From: an uncultured Proteiniphilum sp. | GTDB lineage: Bacteria; Bacteroidota; Bacteroidia; Bacteroidales; Dysgonomonadaceae | Assembly: GCA_964535975.1 (NCBI GenBank) | Contig: CAZHWC010000002.1 | Location: forward strand, 1 to 56,081 | Direction of reading: 5' to 3' | Length of the DNA: 56,081 nucleotides | In this document: positions 10,152 through 20,246 of the stretch, piece by piece | Position numbering within the stretch: the first letter of the stretch is position 1 | Layout: each line of letters begins with the position of its first letter | The notes under the pieces: model-generated | Told to the model about the DNA's origin: nothing | Seen by the model: the letters and a program-made list of their open reading frames with translations, nothing else | The model's database searches: none | Made by a program: the position numbers and the translations under genes

Positions 10152-11681
10152 ATGAACACAGGAAACGTAAAAAACATTGTGGTAATTGTTGTAGTTGCAA
10201 TTATAAGTTCTCTTGTAACTTTGTTGGGTTACAATGTGGTTACTAATAAAAAATCCTTATACACAGAGGTCACCCCTGCTACTGAAAAAAGTGAGTATTC
10301 AGACTCTTTTAATCAAGACAATAATGTAAGATTGACAAACCTTACTACTGCCGAAGGATATCCAGATTTTACATTGGCCGCAGCAAAATCTGTTGATGGG
10401 GTTGTTCATGTAAAAGTTAAATCAATAAGTCAACAACAGCAGTATACAAATCCTTTTGATTTCTTTTTTGGTTTTGGCGAGCGCAATGCTCAGCCAAGAG
10501 AGCGAATAGGCTTTGGATCAGGGGTTATCATCTCAAAAGACGGATATATTATAACAAATGACCATGTGATTGAAAATGGAACTGAGGTATCAGTAACTTT
10601 AAATGATAATCGCGAGTTTAATGCAAAGGTAGTTGGTACTGATCCATCTACAGATATTGCATTATTAAAAATTGAGGGTGATGATTTTCACTATCTATCA
10701 TTTGGAAACTCTGATGCATTGCAAGTTGGAGAATGGGTATTAGCAGTTGGTAATCCCTTTAACTTAACCTCAACCGTAACAGCCGGAATCGTTAGTGCAA
10801 AAAATCGAGGCAATATTGTTGGAGGTAAAGAGTTAGGAATTCAATCTTTTATCCAAGTTGATGCAGCAGTAAATAGAGGCAATAGTGGTGGAGCATTAGT
10901 AAATTCAAAAGGTGAATTGGTAGGCATAAATACTGCAATTTATTCGCAATCTGGTGATTTCAATGGATTGGCATTTGCTGTTCCAATTTCTATTGCAGGA
11001 AAAATTGCTGCTGATTTAAAACAATATGGAGCTGTACAAAGAGCTGTTTTAGGTATTATGGTTCCAAATATTGAGATGGTAAAAAGACAAGACCCTGACA
11101 AAGCTAAAGAATTGTCTCAAATATCGGGAGTTATGATTGATGACTTTGCCGATAGAAGTGCCGCCAAAGCAGCAGGTATAGAAAAGGGTGATATAATAAA
11201 AGCTATTAATGACGTAAAAATCAAGAACTTTGCGGGATTACAAGATCAACTTACCCGTTATCGCCCCGGTGATAAAGTTAAAGTCACTGTTGATAGAAAG
11301 GGAAAAGAACATTTTTATAATGTGGAGTTGAAAAATGATGCCGGAAATACTGAGATACAAAAAAGTTCTGATGCAATGAGCTTTATAGGAGCCTCGTTTG
11401 GTGAGCTGTCTAATAGCAAAAAGCAACAGTATGGTATTAACAGTGGTGTTGAAGTTACAAGTGTTACATCCAATGGACTATTTAGAAAAGAAGGTATCAA
11501 TAAGGGTTTTATAATCATGCGTGTTAATAATTTGCCTGTCAACAGCGAGAAGGATATTACATCTATTGTTTCTTCGGTTACATCAAGCTCTCAAGATAAA
11601 GTTATTCTAGTAGCAGGATTTTATCCAAATGGCAGAACACAATATATAGCAATTGACCTCTCTCAAGGAGGAGGGAATTAG
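10152..11681 (+). CDS. degP: HtrA/DegP serine protease with two PDZ domains
   Basis: GSGVII, TNDHVI, DIALLK, NRGNSGG triad motifs; N-terminal anchor; start moved to ATG 10152. Confidence 0.93.
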   Translation: MNTGNVKNIVVIVVVAIISSLVTLLGYNVVTNKKSLYTEVTPATEKSEYSDSFNQDNNVRLTNLTTAEGYPDFTLAAAKSVDGVVHVKVKSISQQQQYTNPFDFFFGFGERNAQPRERIGFGSGVIISKDGYIITNDHVIENGTEVSVTLNDNREFNAKVVGTDPSTDIALLKIEGDDFHYLSFGNSDALQVGEWVLAVGNPFNLTSTVTAGIVSAKNRGNIVGGKELGIQSFIQVDAAVNRGNSGGALVNSKGELVGINTAIYSQSGDFNGLAFAVPISIAGKIAADLKQYGAVQRAVLGIMVPNIEMVKRQDPDKAKELSQISGVMIDDFADRSAAKAAGIEKGDIIKAINDVKIKNFAGLQDQLTRYRPGDKVKVTVDRKGKEHFYNVELKNDAGNTEIQKSSDAMSFIGASFGELSNSKKQQYGINSGVEVTSVTSNGLFRKEGINKGFIIMRVNNLPVNSEKDITSIVSSVTSSSQDKVILVAGFYPNGRTQYIAIDLSQGGGN

Positions 11682-11878
11682 TGTTTAGTCAGTTAATTAG
11701 TCTTAATTTGGAGGTTGGTTTATAACAAAATAGATATATAGTGCGTTTAATTGAGTAGAAGGATTTGGTCTGTCCTAATTCTTCTACTTTAATGTTTTAA
11801 TAAATAGTGGCTTGTTGCTATACATGGGTGCGCTGTTTGAATATAGATAAGAGGAAAATAAAGAATAAAGAATAATAA

Positions 11879-12739
11879 ATGAGACAATTAAAGATTACAA
11901 AGTCGATTACAAATCGCGAAAGTGCTTCTCTCGATAAATATCTTCAGGAAATAGGACGTGAAGATTTAATTACGGTAGAAGAAGAAGTGGAATTGGCGCA
12001 AGCTATTAAAAAGGGCGACCGACAAGCTCTTGAAAAGCTAACTCGTGCTAATTTGAGATTTGTTGTATCGGTAGCAAAGCAGTATCAGAATCAAGGATTA
12101 AGTCTTCCTGACTTAATTAATGAAGGTAACTTGGGACTAATAAAGGCTGCTGAAAAATTTGATGAAACCCGAGGTTTTAAGTTTATTAGTTATGCCGTAT
12201 GGTGGATTCGTCAATCTATTTTGCAGGCATTGGCAGAACAATCAAGAATTGTTCGTTTGCCGCTAAACCAAGTTGGTTCATTAAACAAGATAAGCAAAGC
12301 ATTCCAAAAATTTGAACAAGAGAATGAGAGACGTCCATCAGCTGAAGAACTTGCTTTGGAGCTTGATATATCAGTTGATAAGGTTGTTGACTCATTAAGG
12401 GTATCCGGTAGACATATATCTATGGACGCACCATTTGTTGAAGGTGAGGATAATAGTTTGCTTGACGTATTGGTTAATGATGATGCTCCGATTGCTGACA
12501 GAACACTTATCAATGAATCCTTACAAAAGGAAATTGACAGAGCCTTGTCAACACTTACTGATCGAGAAAGTGATATTATCAAAATGTTCTTTGGTTTAGG
12601 CTGTCAAGAGATGACCTTAGAAGAGATTGGAGACAAATTTCAACTGACACGAGAACGAGTTCGTCAGATTAAAGAAAAAGCAATACGTAGATTGAGACAA
12701 GATTCGAGAAGTAAGTTATTGAAGAGCTATCTTGGATAA
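11879..12739 (+). CDS. rpoD: Primary sigma-70 factor of Bacteroidetes type (lacks region 1.1)
   Basis: [33 protein letters not shown]; 286 aa. Confidence 0.95.
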   Translation: MRQLKITKSITNRESASLDKYLQEIGREDLITVEEEVELAQAIKKGDRQALEKLTRANLRFVVSVAKQYQNQGLSLPDLINEGNLGLIKAAEKFDETRGFKFISYAVWWIRQSILQALAEQSRIVRLPLNQVGSLNKISKAFQKFEQENERRPSAEELALELDISVDKVVDSLRVSGRHISMDAPFVEGEDNSLLDVLVNDDAPIADRTLINESLQKEIDRALSTLTDRESDIIKMFFGLGCQEMTLEEIGDKFQLTRERVRQIKEKAIRRLRQDSRSKLLKSYLG

Positions 12740-12837
12740 TTGGGTGGATAATTAGCATTTAACAAATCAGAATACACTTTTTACCGTTTGTTGTCCGATT
12801 TTTATTGAAAAATGATATAAATTAATTTTAAGATTGC

Positions 12838-12845
12838 TATCTTTG
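12838..12845 (+). promoter_or_regulatory. -7 promoter element for ompA-family gene
   Basis: TATCTTTG matches Bacteroidetes TAnnTTTG. Confidence 0.6.
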
Positions 12846-12972
12846 CATCGATAATGAGGTAGTTTAAGCCCTTATCACAAGCTGTTCTAATAAGATTTCG
12901 ATACAACACTAGGTAAAACAATTAATTAAAAAATCGAGTAATAATACAATTTTCTAAATTAAATTCAAAATT

Positions 12973-14133
12973 ATGAAGAAATTCAATTTACTATTAATTT
13001 CAGCACTTGTTGCACTAACTATTAGTGCTCAGGATGCTCAAAATGTTTCTAATGGTACTGTGTACCTAAAAGACAAAGCCAGCTCTCATTGGTATATGGG
13101 AATCGGTGGTGGAACCAACGTATATAACACTCGTTCAGAAAGACATGCAGGTGGTAAGTTTGCAGATCAATTAGGCTGGATGGGTCAATTAGAAGTAGGA
13201 AGATGGAATTCTCCAGTATGGGGAGCACGTGCAGTTATTGACGCAGGTCTTATCAAACACGTTGCAACAAACCTTCCTGTTTACGGACCTAACGGTGACG
13301 ACCACAACTGGGTAGGAGGTCATGTTGATTTAATGTGGGACATGACTAATGCTCTTTCACAATATAATCCTGATAGAGTATGGCATTTTGTTCCTTACGC
13401 TGGTATTGGTTATATGTTTGGTATGACTGATTGGAGTAAACCAAGTTCATCTGGTTCAATCACTAACCAAAATCAAACATTAACATGGAATGCCGGTATT
13501 ATCAATAACTTCAATCTGTCTAAAAAAGTAGCTCTTTTTGTAGACCTAGGATGGAGAGTGTTCCAGGGATCATTTGATGGAGTTCCAGAAGATAGATTTG
13601 AGTGGGATAACATGTTCACTGCTACTGCAGGTATTAAATTTGGTCTTGGTGGCAAGCAAGAGTTTACTCCAGCTGAATTGATGGATTATAACTTAATCAA
13701 TGACCTGAACAGCCAAATTAATAGACTTCGTTCTGAAAACGAACAACTAAGAAAAAGACCAGAGTCTTGTCCTGATTGTCCAGAGATTGCTCCGGTTGTT
13801 GAAGAAAGCGTTTTTGTTCCTAATGTTGTGTTCTTCCGTATTGATTCATATAAAATTGACAGAGGACAACAAGTTAGCGTATACAACACTGCTGAATACA
13901 TGAAGGCTAATCCAAATGCAACTGTTAAGATTGTAGCTTATGCTGACAAGAAAACAGGTACTCCAGCTTACAACTACACACTATCTGAAAAGCGTGCTAA
14001 AGCTGTTGCTAAAGCTCTTACTGATGAGTATGGTATTAGCAGCAATCGTATCTCTGTTGAGTGGAAAGGTGATACAGAGCAACCATATGCTGAAAATGAT
14101 TGGAACAGAGTTGCAATATTCTTTGCTGAATAA
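12973..14133 (+). CDS. OmpA-family outer membrane protein (Omp40/41-like)
   Basis: Signal peptide, beta-barrel region, coiled coil plus CPDCP linker, OmpA C-terminal LSEKRAKAV...NRVA. Confidence 0.92.
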   Translation: MKKFNLLLISALVALTISAQDAQNVSNGTVYLKDKASSHWYMGIGGGTNVYNTRSERHAGGKFADQLGWMGQLEVGRWNSPVWGARAVIDAGLIKHVATNLPVYGPNGDDHNWVGGHVDLMWDMTNALSQYNPDRVWHFVPYAGIGYMFGMTDWSKPSSSGSITNQNQTLTWNAGIINNFNLSKKVALFVDLGWRVFQGSFDGVPEDRFEWDNMFTATAGIKFGLGGKQEFTPAELMDYNLINDLNSQINRLRSENEQLRKRPESCPDCPEIAPVVEESVFVPNVVFFRIDSYKIDRGQQVSVYNTAEYMKANPNATVKIVAYADKKTGTPAYNYTLSEKRAKAVAKALTDEYGISSNRISVEWKGDTEQPYAENDWNRVAIFFAE

Positions 14134-14165
14134 TTTCTGCATCTTTTACCAATAATATATAATAG

Positions 14166-14197
14166 GAGGATGTCCACACGGACATCCTCTTTTTTTT
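14166..14197 (+). terminator. Intrinsic terminator after ompA-family gene
   Basis: GAGGATGTCC-ACAC-GGACATCCTC perfect stem plus T8. Confidence 0.9.
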
Positions 14198-14480
14198 GAT
14201 TAAACAGTTGCAAATCTTTTTATATCTGTTTATTATAATAATGAAATTAATATTGTGGCTGTGACAGATTAAGATCTGCAAGAGTGTATCTTATAATGTG
14301 ATTTTACACTCTTTCGATATGTAGTTCTATCAGAGAGTAATGATAAATATTCAATTCTCAGAAACTTGTATTATTTTTTGATACAGCCTCGGCCGATGAT
14401 TCTTGAAATTATTTATCTAATTATTACTGTAACCAATAGCTTTGCTTGAGTTGTTGGAAAATCAACAGTGTAGTTTAATA

Positions 14481-14984
14481 TCTTAGACCTCATTTTATAA
14501 AGACTATAATGTGTAATTTAATTTATTAAAATACATATTATAGTAGTTGAAATGTCATATTTAATGAATTATCATAGAGTTTTGGCGCTATTTAGTCATT
14601 ATACGATGTTTTTTGGTTTTAATTAATTAACGTTTGTATGAAATAATATCTTTTTCAGGTGTTTTTTGTTAAAATCAATGGCAAATAATCTCTTAGACCT
14701 CATTTTATAAAGACTAAAATGTCAGATTTAATTTATTAAATTGTAGATATTAATACTAATAACTATGATTTAATTTATTAAATGGGATTTTATCAATAGA
14801 ATCATTAACAATGCGGTGTGTTTTTTGTAATATATGTGAAATAATTGCTATGCTAATAGATTTGTTTTCTACAATTAAGATTATTTGCATGCCAATAATC
14901 TCTTAGATGCCGAATAATAACGACTATAATAGGTAAAAACTTTCGTGGATGTGACTTTATAAAGACTGCAAAGTGAGATTTAAT
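14481..14984. repeat. Degenerate non-coding direct repeat, 210-bp period with ~42-bp sub-period
   Basis: TCTTAGACCTCATTTTATAAAGACTA identical at 14481 and 14691; diverged copy at 14901; GATTTAATTTATTAAA at 14725 and 14767. Confidence 0.85.
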
Positions 14985-15306
14985 ATCGTAGAAGTAACTG
15001 TTTTGGGTATGTTTTATTGTTTTACAATAGTTTGCAATTGATAATCTATTTATTATCAGAAGAAAAAGATTATTATAAGCATTTGAGTACATTTATTTGT
15101 ATTTATTTGCATATGTGATTGCTTGGTATTCATGTATAGGCATTTATGAACAGATTATGATAAAAATGAATTGCAATATGGAGTACGACTATCATAACCC
15201 TCTGAAGAAATGGATCAATTAAATCGGAAAATGGTTGATGAATTTCTTTTAATGCTGATTTGATGTAAAATAATAAGTTTTATTTTTGTATTTCAGTGAA
15301 ATGTTT

Positions 15307-15314
15307 TATCTTTG
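15307..15314 (+). promoter_or_regulatory. -7 promoter element for rpmE2
   Basis: TATCTTTG with upstream TTTG at 15285. Confidence 0.65.
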
Positions 15315-15361
15315 CATTCCTAAAATTATAGTGAAACAAAAAATATAACAAATATATAGCA

Positions 15362-15616
15362 ATGAAAAAAGAAATACATCCAAGCAATTATCGCCCAGTT
15401 GTGTTTAAGGATATGTCAAACGATGAGATTTTTATTTCTCGCTCTACAGTAAATTCAAGAGAAACTATTGACGTTGATGGAGTAACTTATCCATTAGTAA
15501 AATTGGAAATAACCAGCTCTTCTCATCCATTTTATACTGGTAAGCAGAAATTGGTTGATACAGCAGGTCGCGTTGACAAATTCATGAGCCGATACGGTGA
15601 TCGTAAGAAAAAATAA
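15362..15616 (+). CDS. rpmE2: 50S ribosomal protein L31 type B
   Basis: [34 protein letters not shown]; no Zn cysteines. Confidence 0.96.
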   Translation: MKKEIHPSNYRPVVFKDMSNDEIFISRSTVNSRETIDVDGVTYPLVKLEITSSSHPFYTGKQKLVDTAGRVDKFMSRYGDRKKK

Positions 15617-15644
15617 GTCTTTCATAATAGATTTTAGTTTTGAA

Positions 15645-15683
15645 GCGGTGATTCTCTGTTTATAAAGGAGAGTCGCCGTTTTT
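15645..15683 (+). terminator. Intrinsic terminator after rpmE2
   Basis: GCGGTGATTCTC...GAGAGTCGCCGT stem with G-U pairs plus T-run. Confidence 0.7.
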
Positions 15684-15706
15684 GTTTTTAATTATAGTTT
15701 GAAGTT

Positions 15707-16132
15707 ATGAATATTGAGCGTTTGACAAGTATTGATGATAATGTGTTTGAGGCTTTTCAGAAACTGGTGCCTCAGTTGACAGGTGATGATAGGTATCCAT
15801 CTGTTGATGATTTGAATATTGTAATCAGTAATAGTATGACATATGTTTTTGTGGCAAAAGATGATTCCAAAATTATTGGTTCGCTCACATTAGTGCTTTA
15901 TAATATACCTACCGGATTAAAAGGAATGATTGAAGATGTGGTAGTTGATGAGAGCGCAAGGGGTAGGGGGATTGCAACAAAGCTAATGCTTAAAGCGATT
16001 GAAACAGCGCAGAAAGAAAAAGCCGGTAAGATAGAGCTAACATCTAGGCCTTCTCGTGTGGCTGCTAATAAAATGTATCAAAAAATGGGCTTTAAGCTTC
16101 GCGATACAAATTTTTATAGATTGGATTTGTGA
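15707..16132 (+). CDS. GNAT family N-acetyltransferase
   Basis: IEDVVVDESARGRGIA acetyl-CoA motif A; ANKMYQKMGF. Confidence 0.9.
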   Translation: MNIERLTSIDDNVFEAFQKLVPQLTGDDRYPSVDDLNIVISNSMTYVFVAKDDSKIIGSLTLVLYNIPTGLKGMIEDVVVDESARGRGIATKLMLKAIETAQKEKAGKIELTSRPSRVAANKMYQKMGFKLRDTNFYRLDL

Positions 16133-16238
16133 TTTTACATCATAAATGAATATCATGTTCTAAAAAAGCATCTTAATAACGTGTTAATCATAGATAGATT
16201 TTATACCTTTGTAATCCTTTAAATAAATAAATTAGTAC

Positions 16239-17762
16239 ATGTCAAAGAAAATCAAATCAGCGCTGATTTCAGTTTACCACAAAGATGGATTGGATGATAT
16301 ATTGAAATCATTAAACGATTTAAATGTAAAATTAATTTCAACCGGTGGTACACGAGATTTCATTCAGTCGTTAGGATATGAATGTGAGTCAGTGGAAGAT
16401 ATTACAAATTATCCTTCAATACTTGGGGGGAGAGTTAAGACCTTACACCCAAAAATTTTTGGTGGGATTTTGTTTCGTCGAGAAGATGAATCGGATAAGA
16501 AAATAATTAAGTCGTATAGTATTCCTCCAATAGATTTAGTAATAGTCGACTTGTATCCTTTTGAAGATACAGTTGCATCAAATGCGTCGCAGGAAGATAT
16601 TATCGAAAAGATTGATATAGGTGGCATATCTCTTATTAGGGGCGCAGCCAAAAATTATAATGATGTTGTAATTGTTCCATCAAAGATGCAATATCAAAAA
16701 CTGGCAAATCTGCTTAAAAGCAAAAATGGCGAGACTGATATCGAAGATAGAAAAGAATTTGCAAAAGATGCATTTGCTGTTTCGTCAGCTTATGATTCTG
16801 CGATATTCAATTATTTTGATGATAATAATAATTCTTCATTGAGAGTTATAGCAGACGACAAGAAAGAGTTGAGATATGGAGAGAACCCCCATCAAAAGGG
16901 ACATTTCTATGGAGATTTCAATAATATGTTTGAGCAATTGCATGGAAAAGAAATTTCGTATAACAATTTGCTTGATATTGATGCTGCAGTTAATCTGATA
17001 GGTGATTTTGACGAAACTGCTTTAGCTATATTGAAGCATAATAATGCTTGTGGCATGGCTTGTCGCCCAACTGTTAAGGAGGCTTGGGATGCAGCACTGG
17101 CAGCTGATCCAATTTCAGCTTTTGGCGGAATAGTTGTGACAAACAAAATAGTTGATGAAGATGCTGCTAGAGCTATCAGTGAAATTTTCTTCGAGGTACT
17201 TATTGCACCGGAATATTCGCAGGAGGCTCTTAATATTTTGTTTGAAAAGAAAAATAGAATTATTCTTAGACAGAAAGTAGATGTAAAAGCCTTAAAAGGT
17301 ACCCAATATAGATCACTGCTTAACGGAGTTCTTATGCAAGACAAAGATACTGTTGTTGAGACAAGTGATAAACTAAAACAAGTTACAAAGAAAGCTCCTT
17401 TGGATAGTGAAATCGAGGATCTTTTATTTGCCAATGTTTTAGTGAAGCATACCAAGTCTAACGCAATAGTATTGGCAAAGAATAAACAATTAATTGCTAG
17501 CGGCACTGGTCAGACTTCGCGTGTGGATGCTTTGAGACAGGCAATAGAAAAGGCCAACACCTTTAACTTTGATTTGAATGGTGCTGTAATGGCATCCGAT
17601 GCATTTTTCCCTTTTCCTGATTCAGTGGAAATTGCCGGAAAAGCTGGGATTACAGCTGTAATACAACCTGGGGGATCTATTAAGGACCAAGAGTCTATAG
17701 ATTATTGTGACAATAACAACATATCGATGGTAACTACTGGTGTTAGGCATTTTAAACACTAA
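16239..17762 (+). CDS. purH: Bifunctional AICAR transformylase/IMP cyclohydrolase
   Basis: STGGT, GGRVKTLHP, IDIGG, LRYGENPHQ, ASDAFFPF, RHFKH; TACCTTTG promoter element at 16204. Confidence 0.97.
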   Translation: MSKKIKSALISVYHKDGLDDILKSLNDLNVKLISTGGTRDFIQSLGYECESVEDITNYPSILGGRVKTLHPKIFGGILFRREDESDKKIIKSYSIPPIDLVIVDLYPFEDTVASNASQEDIIEKIDIGGISLIRGAAKNYNDVVIVPSKMQYQKLANLLKSKNGETDIEDRKEFAKDAFAVSSAYDSAIFNYFDDNNNSSLRVIADDKKELRYGENPHQKGHFYGDFNNMFEQLHGKEISYNNLLDIDAAVNLIGDFDETALAILKHNNACGMACRPTVKEAWDAALAADPISAFGGIVVTNKIVDEDAARAISEIFFEVLIAPEYSQEALNILFEKKNRIILRQKVDVKALKGTQYRSLLNGVLMQDKDTVVETSDKLKQVTKKAPLDSEIEDLLFANVLVKHTKSNAIVLAKNKQLIASGTGQTSRVDALRQAIEKANTFNFDLNGAVMASDAFFPFPDSVEIAGKAGITAVIQPGGSIKDQESIDYCDNNNISMVTTGVRHFKH

Positions 17763-17805
17763 TCATAGCTTAATAATTTATTGAGCTGTCTAATTAACTT
17801 AGAAT

Positions 17806-18831
17806 ATGAGATTTTTTTCATTTACACAAGAGTTGGCAATGGACCTTGGTACAGCCAATTCAATTATAGTGGGCAATAATGGTAAAATCCTCTTGGATGA
17901 ACCATCTATAGTCGCATTAGATCGAAAGACCGATAAGATGATTGCTTTAGGAGAAAAAGCAAGACAGATGCACGGAAAGACTCACGAAAATATTATTACC
18001 GTTCGACCACTTAGAGATGGCGTGATTGCTGACTTTAATGCTGCAGAACAGATGATAAGAGGTATGATAAAAATGGCTACAAAGAATAGAGGGGGGCTGT
18101 TTTCGCCTTCACTTAGAGTAGTTATTTGTATTCCGTCCGGTAGTACAGAGGTTGAAATAAGAGCAGTTCGTGACTCAGCAGAACATGCAGGCGGACGTGA
18201 CGTATATATGCTGTTTGAACCTATGGCTGCAGCTTTGGGTATTGGCCTAGACGTAGAAGTCCCAGAAGGAAACATGATTGTTGATATAGGTGGTGGTACT
18301 ACTGAGATTGCTGTTATATCATTGGGTGGCATTGTTTCTAATAAATCTATAAAAATTGCAGGTGATGATCTGACAGAAGATATAATGGAATATATGAGCC
18401 GTCAACATAGCATGAAGGTAGGTGAGAGAACTGCAGAGCAAATTAAGATAAATGTTGGTTCGGTGCTAACGGAATTAGATAATCCACCGGAAGACTTTAT
18501 AGTTCATGGTCCTAACAGGATGACTTCATTGCCAATGGATGTGCCCGTTTCGTATCAGGAAATAGCGCATTGTTTGGAAAAGTCTATTTCAAAAATAGAT
18601 TCTGCTGTTCTAAGTGCTTTAGAACAAACTCCACCAGAGCTATATGCTGATATTGTGCGTAATGGTATATATTTGACGGGTGGTGGAGCAAATCTTAGAG
18701 GATTGGCAAAGCGTCTTAGTGATAAGATTGGAATTCCTTTTAAAGTGGTTGATGATCCCTTGCACGTTGTTGCAAAAGGTACCGGGATTGCATTGAAAAA
18801 TATAGATAAGTTTACTTTCTTGATGAGATAA
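17806..18831 (+). CDS. mreB: Rod shape-determining protein MreB
   Basis: DLGTAN, RPLRDGVIADF, DIGGGTTE, LTGGGA. Confidence 0.97.
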   Translation: MRFFSFTQELAMDLGTANSIIVGNNGKILLDEPSIVALDRKTDKMIALGEKARQMHGKTHENIITVRPLRDGVIADFNAAEQMIRGMIKMATKNRGGLFSPSLRVVICIPSGSTEVEIRAVRDSAEHAGGRDVYMLFEPMAAALGIGLDVEVPEGNMIVDIGGGTTEIAVISLGGIVSNKSIKIAGDDLTEDIMEYMSRQHSMKVGERTAEQIKINVGSVLTELDNPPEDFIVHGPNRMTSLPMDVPVSYQEIAHCLEKSISKIDSAVLSALEQTPPELYADIVRNGIYLTGGGANLRGLAKRLSDKIGIPFKVVDDPLHVVAKGTGIALKNIDKFTFLMR

Positions 18832-18880
18832 TTTCTTCCTTAAGTATTTAAAAGCATAAAACTTTACCTATAGTTTTTGA

Positions 18881-19726
18881 ATGAGGAGTCTATTCCAATT
18901 TATAATAAGAAATAGTTCATGGCTGATAGCAATTTTTTTAATTGCTATCAGTTTCTATCTTGTATTCACTCATAACTCATATCAAAGAAGTATCTACCTA
19001 AGCTCAGCAAATAGTGTGACAGGATGGGTTTTTGATGTATCGTCAGATATTAATTCATTTATGCACCTAAAGCAAAATAACCAAAAGCTATTGGAGCAAA
19101 ATGCTTATCTGGAGAGAGAGCTTACTAATCTGAAATCATATGTTAATGATCTTAAACTTGATACTATGAGTACTAACGCTTTCTTGAAAGACTCTATGGA
19201 TACTGAAGCTCAATTCTCGTTTATACCTGCTGAAGTTACTAATGTTAGTTTTTCGGGCGTTAATAACTTTATTACTGTAAATAAGGGCTTAATACATGGT
19301 GTAGAGGCAGATATGGGAGTGGTTTCACACGATGGTGTGGTAGGAGTTGTGCTTACGGCTTCAAACAGATATTCTGTAATAATTCCTATTTTAAATCCAA
19401 AATTTAGATTGAGTGCTAAGCTTAAGAACTCCGACAATTCCGGATCAATATCATGGAATGGCAAGGACTTGACTGTTGCACAATTAGGAGAATTACCTAA
19501 ACACGAGGTTTTTGAGGTTGGAGATACAGTTGTTACAAGTTTCTCGCGCATTTTCCCTAAAGATATTGTGATTGGTTATGTTAAAGGATCAACAATATCT
19601 AGTGACGACAACTTTAATAATTTAAATCTTAATCTGGCCACTAATTTTCATTCATTAATGGGTGTGCTGATAATTAAAGATAAGTACTTCGCAGAGAAAA
19701 ATAACTTAGAGGAATCTATTAGGTAG
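18881..19726 (+). CDS. mreC: Rod shape-determining protein MreC
   Basis: TM, coiled coil, ITVNKG..GV..DMGV; operon position. Confidence 0.92.
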   Translation: MRSLFQFIIRNSSWLIAIFLIAISFYLVFTHNSYQRSIYLSSANSVTGWVFDVSSDINSFMHLKQNNQKLLEQNAYLERELTNLKSYVNDLKLDTMSTNAFLKDSMDTEAQFSFIPAEVTNVSFSGVNNFITVNKGLIHGVEADMGVVSHDGVVGVVLTASNRYSVIIPILNPKFRLSAKLKNSDNSGSISWNGKDLTVAQLGELPKHEVFEVGDTVVTSFSRIFPKDIVIGYVKGSTISSDDNFNNLNLNLATNFHSLMGVLIIKDKYFAEKNNLEESIR

Positions 19727-19727
19727 T

Positions 19728-20246
19728 ATGAAGATTGTAGATATTGTTAGAGAGTTTTTTTTGTTTATTGCATTGGTGCTATTACAGGTATTGGTTTTGA
19801 ATAAGATATCACTGCTTAGCATCGCAACTCCATTTTTATATATTTATTTTGTTATAAAATTACCTTTTCATAGAAATAAATTCTATGTAATTATTACATC
19901 CTTTTTAATGGGTATTATTATTGATATATTTTTAAATACCCCCGGAGTTAACGCTGCTGCTCTTACAATTGCTGCTACACTTAGATCTGTTCTGATTCCA
20001 CTTTTTTATCCCAAAAATGAATTGGATGTTTTAGTTCCCGTTATAAGAAATAATACTGTTTCGTTTATCAAATACTCTATTGTTATGATATTGATACATC
20101 ATACATTGTTATTTTTTATTGATTCTCTTTCATTATTTAGTGTTACAGAAACCATCTATCGAATTATTGCCTCATCCTTATTATCATTAATTTTGGTCTT
20201 ATCTTTGGATTCTTTATTTTTTAGAAAGGGTAAAGTACTTGGCTGA
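19728..20246 (+). CDS. mreD: Rod shape-determining protein MreD
   Basis: Hydrophobic 172 aa, GIIIDIF.NTPG; between mreC and mrdA. Confidence 0.88.
   Translation: MKIVDIVREFFLFIALVLLQVLVLNKISLLSIATPFLYIYFVIKLPFHRNKFYVIITSFLMGIIIDIFLNTPGVNAAALTIAATLRSVLIPLFYPKNELDVLVPVIRNNTVSFIKYSIVMILIHHTLLFFIDSLSLFSVTETIYRIIASSLLSLILVLSLDSLFFRKGKVLG

Noticed and set aside
14481-14984. CRISPR array
   Set aside because: Only 2-3 degenerate units, ~160-bp spacers that resemble each other, and no cas genes
14853-15092. 79-aa ORF on minus strand and tiny + ORFs near 15170-15260
   Set aside because: No recognisable motifs; overlaps the repeat; likely chance ORFs
16907-17506. Long antisense ORFs (e.g. 199 aa opposite purH, 175 aa opposite secA)
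   Set aside because: Shadow frames of well-supported genes without motifs
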